DNA of 64,000 nucleotides from assembly GCA_965219995.1 (NCBI GenBank), contig CBDCOX010000002.1, forward strand, positions 1,984,001 to 2,048,000. The letters are read 5' to 3'. Origin of the DNA: Candidatus Latescibacterota bacterium (GTDB taxonomy: Bacteria; Latescibacterota; UBA2968; GCA-2709665). Shown piece by piece: positions 57,401-64,000 of the stretch; the first letter of the stretch is position 1; the number at the start of each line of letters is the position of its first letter. The position numbers were made by a program, and so were the translations under genes. The notes below the pieces were generated by a model. That model did no database searches, was not told the DNA's origin, and saw nothing but the letters and a program-made list of their open reading frames with translations.

Positions 57401-59214
57401 AACGTCCTCTCCGTACCGGACTGACCGCCATCACCCTCACGTTGCTTACGTTTACGGCACTATCGTTCACTTCGGTACAGACGTCCATTAAGTTCTACCG
57501 GTTGCCACGGGACAACCAGCCGCCGTACCCTGGAGGCCTGGTGCGGGACCGATCCTGGAGGGGACTGCAGGAATCGGTGCTCCAGTACCTGACCAGCGCG
57601 TTCAAAGGCCGGGCGACCATTGTTCCCCGGGCGTGGTACCTCTCCCAGGTGCGGGGCGAACGGGCGTACGTCAATTTCTCGCGCATCACCGAGCAGACCT
57701 CCTACCTCGGCTCCAGGGACACCTACGTCGACTTCGACGTGGGCATCACCACCGGAAAAGACAGCTTTGTGAACGGATTACTGGGGCTCACCGCGGAAGA
57801 ACCCCAGATCACCGGGGTCGACCGGTACCTGATGAGCGGGCGATGGTTCGAGCCCGGAGAAACAAACGTGTGCATTCTGCCGAACGACCTGGCGGAGCTT
57901 GTGGGCATCTTCCCGGAAGACGCCGGAACCGCGCAGATCGAGATGCTGGGCGGGGCCTTCACCGTCATTGGAATCATAGACTCCGAAGGATTCAACAAGT
58001 ACAAGGATATGGACGACGAGAAGCTGACGCCGGTGGATACCGTAAAGGAAAAGGACGACCTGGCGGACGCCCAGGACCAGGATCCACGGGTTGTCGCAGC
58101 GGCTCCGATCGAGACGTTTACGCATCTGGAATCGACCAACGTGATGATATTGCCGTATGACTACGTGCGGAATATCGGAGGCACTCTCAACTCCGTCGCT
58201 CTGGCGAACTTCGTGGACTCCCAGGGCAACGCCAGGGCGAACTTCCTGCCGGACGTCGAAGAATTCATGACGCGCGTATCCCTGACGATGTTCGTAGGCC
58301 ACGAGAACAAAGTCACCGTATACAGTTCCATCGGCTCCACGTCTCTTTCCGGACTGGGCACGCTGTTCATTCCCATTCTGATCGCGGCGCTGATCGTGCT
58401 GAATACCATGATGGGTGCTGTGTACGAACGCTTCAACGAAATTGGCATTTATTCGGCGGTGGGTCTGGCGCCCAACCACATTGCGGCGCTGTTCCTGGCC
58501 GAGGCGACGGTTTTCGCCACGGTCGGCGCCGTCTTCGGGTATCTGATCGGACAGGTCCTGGTCCTTGTGTTGTTTACCCAGGCGCAGGCCCAGGGACAGC
58601 TGCTCAGCCTTGAATTGAATTATTCTTCGTTGTCGGCCATTTCCTCGACACTGATCGTCATGGCGACGGTTTTCCTCTCTACGCTGTACCCCGCGAAGAA
58701 GGCCGCCGATATGGCCGTCCCGGATGTGACGCGGAAGTGGGAGTTTCCGGAGCCGGAAGGCGACAGATGGGTGTTCGACTTTCCATTTACGGTTGGCGGC
58801 TCGGAAGTACTGGGAATGTACACGTACCTGACCCGCGTCTTCGAGTCATACGGCGAAGGATCCGTAGGCGACTTCGTGGCCGACTACGTCCGGTTCACGT
58901 CCCGGGACATGCAGGGGGAACCGCAGTACGAAATCAACCTCACGTGCTGGCTTGCGCCTTACGATCTGGGCATCAGCCAGGAGGTGGCGCTGCTGGCCAT
59001 ACCAACGAGAGAATACAACATTTACAAGATCGAGGTGGTTATCAACCGGCTCAGCGGCGACGTGGCGTCATGGAAGCGGATCAACCGGGGGTTCCTGAAC
59101 GTGCTCCGTAAAAGGTTCCTGGTCTGGCGTACCATTCCGCCCGAGTTGAAACACCAGTACGCCGACGAAGGCAAACGCATGCTCTCAGACACCGTGGAAG
59201 AAGCCGCAGTATAG
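54418..59214 (+). CDS. Giant membrane protein: degenerate M28-peptidase ectodomain + TM bundle + MacB/FtsX-like permease domain
   Basis: GSRVPGYPG, SFYD...APGAE, NLRKRPLRTGLT, AVYERFNEIGIYSAVGLAPNHI..LFLAEA, LYPAKKA. AGGAG RBS before ATG 54418. Confidence 0.85.
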   Translation: MLRKLGGAILWLIAIFMLSSVTVFNPGQVTDFFIRVFNIKPSVPQMREEKPSERDERIQDFADRISEASLRETVSALAGMGSRVPGYPGHRKAFEYVKNRFETLGLEDITVEEHHVTVPIDMGATLEDPETGLAIRLYGLWPNHVQTPSLPEGGVSGALIDAGDGSFKALNSKQVENSIALMQFDCGQNYLNPRMLGAQAIIFYDNGGVSRGQALEKILQVPVDVPRFWVEKADAVRLAALAQSGATLVRVTSRMSWEKVPTWNIYATLPGSDTFVTEREERKWKDEMVVLSSFYDAVSVVPALAPGAENATGLAALLEVAAALKDESWLDGSSRLAQLPRYTVKFLVTGAHFQGLAGVNDFLFRHSRESDHFREKIPEDQKIDFRLFVGFDLSSETDQIASFSHGTFINPNWSTNNYENNLLAPYAKKFNKYLAKVYPGEARHVDAVAPPKRTWKNYMPVRLGFDSEAVKFVGKEGITLASPSTTREKVDTPVDRVEFVNFPNLTLQTRTATGMLLKALEDPEFFRVSKLKLQDLGHSMKGRILWFERDADFAIPRVPVPGAIVTYQQPGPVASCGGVRTLIVDKTTEGPRYVGERSQGAMVGTKEEVEATGRFQFNIMRNRFTNQILAYEIDDNGRIISAPDLGTEGEEKFPTRQGYGWWENEMLAVLFKCRSLSVFEIIDSSYLSALDFMTVLNAGDSLPMEYGYYYIENQSIKEGDVTRAAVAFTAMNPTTGSPDPIKILMSTGLFGVKYLLTNAPEALLEQPVDKWDVDDELLELSRGAGYPPGVILHPSYKAAKDMWVVDDIRMKQLAQYGITNARLEKLHTHAADALKRAREHLANHDYEGFIAASREAWGLEARGYPEVMSTANDTVRGIIFYFILLLPFSFFCERLLFGFPDITRRLVGFAGIFVLFFIILRYVHPAFKLSSTPYIIFLAFVIMALGGIAMFIVVSKFGEEVRKMKQASAGTYEADVGRLSATAASIILGISNLRKRPLRTGLTAITLTLLTFTALSFTSVQTSIKFYRLPRDNQPPYPGGLVRDRSWRGLQESVLQYLTSAFKGRATIVPRAWYLSQVRGERAYVNFSRITEQTSYLGSRDTYVDFDVGITTGKDSFVNGLLGLTAEEPQITGVDRYLMSGRWFEPGETNVCILPNDLAELVGIFPEDAGTAQIEMLGGAFTVIGIIDSEGFNKYKDMDDEKLTPVDTVKEKDDLADAQDQDPRVVAAAPIETFTHLESTNVMILPYDYVRNIGGTLNSVALANFVDSQGNARANFLPDVEEFMTRVSLTMFVGHENKVTVYSSIGSTSLSGLGTLFIPILIAALIVLNTMMGAVYERFNEIGIYSAVGLAPNHIAALFLAEATVFATVGAVFGYLIGQVLVLVLFTQAQAQGQLLSLELNYSSLSAISSTLIVMATVFLSTLYPAKKAADMAVPDVTRKWEFPEPEGDRWVFDFPFTVGGSEVLGMYTYLTRVFESYGEGSVGDFVADYVRFTSRDMQGEPQYEINLTCWLAPYDLGISQEVALLAIPTREYNIYKIEVVINRLSGDVASWKRINRGFLNVLRKRFLVWRTIPPELKHQYADEGKRMLSDTVEEAAV

Positions 59215-59305
59215 GAAATACGTAACCGGTAAATCTGTCACCCGGCGGGTTGAGACGGGCAACCTGTTTTCGGGAGAGAAAACTCGCTGCTCCTAATGAG
59301 GAGGG

Positions 59306-61360
59306 GTGGTTTTGGCAATCGATCCCAAGGATCCCAGAGAAGAGCAGGAACAGTACGAACATATCATGCCGGCGGACGCGCCGTTTGAAGATGGCTTCAA
59401 TATGAAGACCCTGTGGGCGACGCTGTTCGTGGGGCTCGTGATGCTGCCCGGCGCGATCTACCTTGGGTTGGTTACCGGTCAGAATATGGCCGGCGCGTCC
59501 GAATGGGTGACCATCATCCTTTTCCTGGAGATCGCAAAGCGGTCCTTTGTGCGGCTGAAAACACAGGAGGTCCTGGTCATCTACTGGGTCGCCGGCGGGC
59601 TGCTTGGCGTGGGTGTGCGGCTGGGCAGCGCGGCGCTGGTGTACGGCGGTCCCTTCGGCGGATTGATCTGGGACCAGTACCTGATCCAATCTCCGGCGGC
59701 GAGAGGGCTTGCGGACTATATCCCGGACTGGGTGGTTCCCCGGATCAGCGAACACCCGGAGATTTACGCGGAACGGACGTTCCTGCACGCCGCGTGGTTG
59801 AAGCCCATTGGCATCCTCGTTGCATTGACGCTCCTGAGCAACACCGCAAGGCTGTCGCTTGGGTACGTGATGTTTCGTATTACGAGCGACATCGAACGGT
59901 TGCCGTTCCCACTGGCGCCGGTTCAGGCCCGCGGGGCCACTGCGCTTGCCGAGACATCGGCCAAGCAGGAGGGCTGGAGATGGCGGGTATTCAGTACCGG
60001 CGCGTGTATCGGACTGGTCTGGGGCCTGCTCTATGTTGTTGTCCCTACGCTTTCCAGCATCTTCCTGACCGATACGGTCCAGATTCTGCCCATTCCCTGG
60101 ATCGATTTTACGGAACAGATCAAAACGATTCTGCCTGCCGCGCTGTTTGGAATCGCAACCGACCTGGGACACCTTATTGTCGGATTCGTGCTGCCGTTCT
60201 GGGTGGTTATCGGGTCGTTTGCCGGCGCTGTCCTGGGCAACCTGGTTGTTAATCCGTTTCTCTACAAATACGAGATCCTGGACCGCTGGTCTGCCGGGAT
60301 GACGGCAATCCCGACGTCGATCTCCAACCAGTTCGACTTCTGGCTTAGTTTCGGAATCGGCACGTCGTTCGTCATCGCGTTCACGGGATTTTACCAGGTG
60401 TTTCGGGTGCTTGCGGAACAACGCCGTCAGAAACGGGAAACAGGACATCATACAACGGGCATCGACCTCGAGGACCTGCCGGAGGGCCGCTCGGATATGA
60501 AGATGATCTACCCGATTCTGGCCTGGGGCGCGGCCACGCTTGGCTTCATTGTGATGTGCCAGATGCTGGTTCCCGAATTTCACTGGGGCTGGGTTGTGTT
60601 CTTCGGACTCATCTACACGCCGATTTCTTCTTATATCGGCGCCCGAATGATCGGCCTGACCGGAAGTCCGTACGGGGCGAGTATTCCCTATCTGCGCGAG
60701 GCGGGGATTCTTCTGTCAGGGTACAAGGGCGTCGCGGTCTGGTTCGCGCCCCTTCCCCTGCATGACCACGGTCTCGCCGTGCCGACATACAAACAGATGG
60801 AGCTGACCAAAACGAAGTTTGTCAGTTACGTGAAACTGACCGCGGTGACCATGGTCGTCATCTTTATTTTCAGCTTCATCTTCTGGGAATTCATCTGGCG
60901 ACTCGGCCCCATCCCGTCGTCAAGCTATTACTATGTGCAAACCTTCTGGCCATACGACGCCACCATGACCACGATGTGGCTGAAGTCGACCATGCCGGAC
61001 CTCGAAGGTCAGGGGACCGTTGGCGTCGAACTCCTTAGAGACATCATCAAACCACACATCATCGGCGCCGGTTTCGCCGTCGGCGGCCTCATGTATCTGA
61101 TTCTGGCCGCGTTGAAAGCGCCAACGCTGTTCTTTTTCGGATTTGTGGGCTCGCTGGCCACGTGGCCGCATTTCGTGATTCTGCAGTTCGCCGGCGCGCT
61201 CCTCGGGCGTTACTACTTCGCCAGGCGATTCGGCGAATCCAAATGGAGGGCCTACGCGCCGATTCTGCTGGCCGGGTATTACTGCGGCATGGGGCTCATC
61301 GGGATGACGTCGGTTTCGGTCGTGCTGATTTCAAAGGCCGTCTCCCAGGTCGTCTTCTAG
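59306..61360 (+). CDS. OPT-family-like peptide transporter
   Basis: Many TM segments, FEDGFN, TSDIERLPFPLAPV.A.GA.ALAE, GPIPS..Y. Start GTG 59306 or TTG 59312. Confidence 0.75.
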   Translation: MVLAIDPKDPREEQEQYEHIMPADAPFEDGFNMKTLWATLFVGLVMLPGAIYLGLVTGQNMAGASEWVTIILFLEIAKRSFVRLKTQEVLVIYWVAGGLLGVGVRLGSAALVYGGPFGGLIWDQYLIQSPAARGLADYIPDWVVPRISEHPEIYAERTFLHAAWLKPIGILVALTLLSNTARLSLGYVMFRITSDIERLPFPLAPVQARGATALAETSAKQEGWRWRVFSTGACIGLVWGLLYVVVPTLSSIFLTDTVQILPIPWIDFTEQIKTILPAALFGIATDLGHLIVGFVLPFWVVIGSFAGAVLGNLVVNPFLYKYEILDRWSAGMTAIPTSISNQFDFWLSFGIGTSFVIAFTGFYQVFRVLAEQRRQKRETGHHTTGIDLEDLPEGRSDMKMIYPILAWGAATLGFIVMCQMLVPEFHWGWVVFFGLIYTPISSYIGARMIGLTGSPYGASIPYLREAGILLSGYKGVAVWFAPLPLHDHGLAVPTYKQMELTKTKFVSYVKLTAVTMVVIFIFSFIFWEFIWRLGPIPSSSYYYVQTFWPYDATMTTMWLKSTMPDLEGQGTVGVELLRDIIKPHIIGAGFAVGGLMYLILAALKAPTLFFFGFVGSLATWPHFVILQFAGALLGRYYFARRFGESKWRAYAPILLAGYYCGMGLIGMTSVSVVLISKAVSQVVF

Positions 61361-61476
61361 GCATTCCATAATGGAACGCCGCCCGGATTCCGGCTGTCTA
61401 AGGTTATTGCCGAAGAGGGGAATCCGGGCGGAATCACGTCCGGCCAACACGGAACACCAATTGCGGGGAGGCTTCG

Positions 61477-61950
61477 ATGAGAGTTGGTAACGGGATCGCG
61501 GGAATGACGCTCATTGCCTGTATGGTATTGGCGTTTGCCGTGGAGGCGACGGCACAACCGGACAGACGAGGCGGGCGTGGGCGCGGGGGGCGCGGCGGAG
61601 GCGCAAGGCTTCGGATGATGCTGCCCCTCGAACAAACGCTGGGTTTCCTGGCCTTCGACAAAACGCTCGCCTTAAAGGACGATCAGCTGATCAAGATCCG
61701 CAGTGAACTCAAGGATATCCACGAAAAGCGCGCCGAACTTGAAAAGGAAATGCGGGGCGGAGCCGACAGGCAGCAACTGATGCAGAAACTCGGCGGGATT
61801 CGAGGCGCCATGTTTGAAAAAATAAAGGCCGTACTGGACGACCGGCAGGACAAGATTCTTGACCGTTACCTGGAGAGAATACGACGGGGGTTTCAACGCG
61901 GACGCGGCGGCGGACGGCGGGGAGGCGGCCCTCCCGGCGGCGGCGTTTGA
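61477..61950 (+). CDS. Exported Spy/CpxP-like helical protein with RGG-rich termini
   Basis: Signal peptide, L.LKDDQ..KI and VLDDRQ (LTxxQ-like) motifs, GGAGG RBS. Confidence 0.65.
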   Translation: MRVGNGIAGMTLIACMVLAFAVEATAQPDRRGGRGRGGRGGGARLRMMLPLEQTLGFLAFDKTLALKDDQLIKIRSELKDIHEKRAELEKEMRGGADRQQLMQKLGGIRGAMFEKIKAVLDDRQDKILDRYLERIRRGFQRGRGGGRRGGGPPGGGV

Positions 61951-61980
61951 CACGATCACTCCCCTCCAGGATCGATGATG

Positions 61981-62010
61981 TGGCGGCCCCCGGCGGGGTC
62001 GCCATTTTTT
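61981..62010 (+). terminator. Intrinsic terminator
   Basis: tggcggcccc-cggc-ggggtcgcca-tttttt. Confidence 0.75.
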
Positions 62011-62132
62011 GACAGATTCCAGGATACGCTCATGCGCCACCGTACTGCTTCAAAACACGGTCGGAAACCGCCGTTGCCGCCGATACCTCACGAACCATCC
62101 TAAAGCAATACGGCCTTGAGGAAAGCATTCAG

Positions 62133-63518
62133 ATGAATCTCCAGGCGGTCGGAGAACGGCTCGGCAAGCCGTTCACGTTTGCGGTTGTGGGCGACACCCA
62201 TTTCCTGCATCCGAAGTTCCGCCGGCAGACAGACGGTTCCGGCGGTTCGTTTCGCCCGTTGCAGGTTGACCAGTATCTCGAAAGCGTCCAATACGTCCTC
62301 ATGCCGATGATGGCTGCGCTGAAGGAAGCGTCTCCGGCTTTTCTGGTGATCACCGGAGATGTGGTGGAGGGACACCAGGACGTCGAACTCGCCATCGACG
62401 AGATTGAGGAAGGGCTGGAATTTTTCGAGGGATACGGGATTCCGCTGCTGTTCGCGTGCGGAAACAGAGACCGCGTAGAGGCATTCGACGGGGTTGTTCG
62501 ACCATATCTTGGCCGCTGGCTGGGCAGCACGCCCCACGAGCGGTTTTTCTTTCTGGACATTGCCGGTTGCCGGCTGGTTTTCCTCGACACGCCCGCCTGG
62601 ACGCGGAACGGCACGCAGCGACAGTGGCTGGAACGCACGTTGAGTTCACGGGAGGATGCAGGAATCGACCGGACGTTTCTGTTCGGACACCATCCGGTCT
62701 GGCCGATGGCAAGGGCCTTTTTCACCAGCCTCGACCTCCATCTCGATATGCCGGAAATATTGCGCGAGCATCCCGTAGACGCCTTTTTCTGCGGGCATAC
62801 CCACAACCAGAGCGTGTTGCTCCACCGTACGGATGGACGTCCGGTTCTGCAATGCATGTGCGCTTCCATCGGCCTTTCCAGTGAGATGCCGACGCCGCTG
62901 GATCGTGTGCAGAACCTGTTGCCCTATCCCCGGGACGTGCTTGGCTGCTGGCCGGGATATCTCGAGAATACGGCGCCTGGATGGTTTATTGTCCACGTCG
63001 GCGAAACGTCCGTCGAAGCCGAATGGCATCACCTGAACCGGGGAGTTGAAACACGGCTCGTCTGGCATCGACCGGGGGATCTTTCGACATTCGAGAAAAT
63101 GGAACACCCCCCCGATGCACGTCTGATTTACGATGACCTGAACCATATCCGGCGCGCTTCCCTGCGGTTCTGCGGATGGCATGCCTTGCGCGAAGACAGG
63201 CAGGTTTTCCTCAATGGCGAGCCGGTCGGCAGCCTGCCTCCCGCAAACGACTATGCGCCGATCCGAATGGAGTTGCCGGCCGGGTGCCTTGAACATCTTC
63301 GCATGGAGAATCGGATCGAGATCCAGGTTGCCCGGAACGATGCATGTACGCTGGGAAATTTCGCGCTCGAAGCGGTCCTGCCCGGTGGACGATTCGTGAG
63401 AACCCGGCCCACTGGTGAAATATTCACCTGGTCCGACCGGTGGGGCGCGTGGAATTCGAACTGGCTGCTGAAAATGAAACCGGGACGGCCCGCCGCGACA
63501 CTATTGTGTTTTCAATGA
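62133..63518 (+). CDS. Calcineurin-like metallophosphoesterase with C-terminal beta domain
   Basis: GDTH, TGD, GNRD, GHHP, GHTH motifs. Confidence 0.82.
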   Translation: MNLQAVGERLGKPFTFAVVGDTHFLHPKFRRQTDGSGGSFRPLQVDQYLESVQYVLMPMMAALKEASPAFLVITGDVVEGHQDVELAIDEIEEGLEFFEGYGIPLLFACGNRDRVEAFDGVVRPYLGRWLGSTPHERFFFLDIAGCRLVFLDTPAWTRNGTQRQWLERTLSSREDAGIDRTFLFGHHPVWPMARAFFTSLDLHLDMPEILREHPVDAFFCGHTHNQSVLLHRTDGRPVLQCMCASIGLSSEMPTPLDRVQNLLPYPRDVLGCWPGYLENTAPGWFIVHVGETSVEAEWHHLNRGVETRLVWHRPGDLSTFEKMEHPPDARLIYDDLNHIRRASLRFCGWHALREDRQVFLNGEPVGSLPPANDYAPIRMELPAGCLEHLRMENRIEIQVARNDACTLGNFALEAVLPGGRFVRTRPTGEIFTWSDRWGAWNSNWLLKMKPGRPAATLLCFQ

Positions 63519-63608
63519 ATCCGCCTGTTTCCCGCCTGTGCCGATGCCCGGTCGATCACGCCCGGGTATGCGGTCAGTGTCTTCAAACCCAGGATATCGG
63601 AAGTTACC

Positions 63609-64000
<392 letters not shown>

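Overview
GC-rich bacterial chromosomal window with about 42 protein genes. I recognised no rRNA, tRNA, CRISPR array or transposase. The gene content (PhyH dioxygenases, sulfatase, NHL-repeat lipoprotein, dockerin/EF-hand 'DFDGxG..DF..FA..FG' domain, GWxTD proteins, PorV/PorQ barrels, T9SS-type C-terminal domain) suggests a diderm FCB-group organism, probably Latescibacterota-like and possibly a sponge symbiont; this is inference. The first ~27 kb are mostly catabolic enzymes. The rest holds housekeeping genes (sucD, rpiA, era) and several uncharacterised envelope modules. Best candidates for new biology: (1) a SusD-less, PUL-like operon of OM barrel, TonB-dependent receptor, T9SS-CTD protein, PorV paralogue and GWxTD protein (27.3-37.6 kb); (2) a pseudo-M28-peptidase/FtsX fusion paired with an OPT-like transporter and no ATPase (54.4-61.4 kb), plus a related DUF6785-type protein; (3) two families of dispersed mosaic intergenic repeats with 9-bp and 7-bp internal periodicity, conserved hairpins and an IHF-consensus site; (4) an abrupt G-rich to C-rich synonymous-codon switch inside one gene; (5) a PhyH with a halogenase-like HxG motif; (6) a structured leader upstream of a holin-like gene next to an L,D-transpeptidase operon. 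All family calls come from motif recognition by eye, not from database searches.
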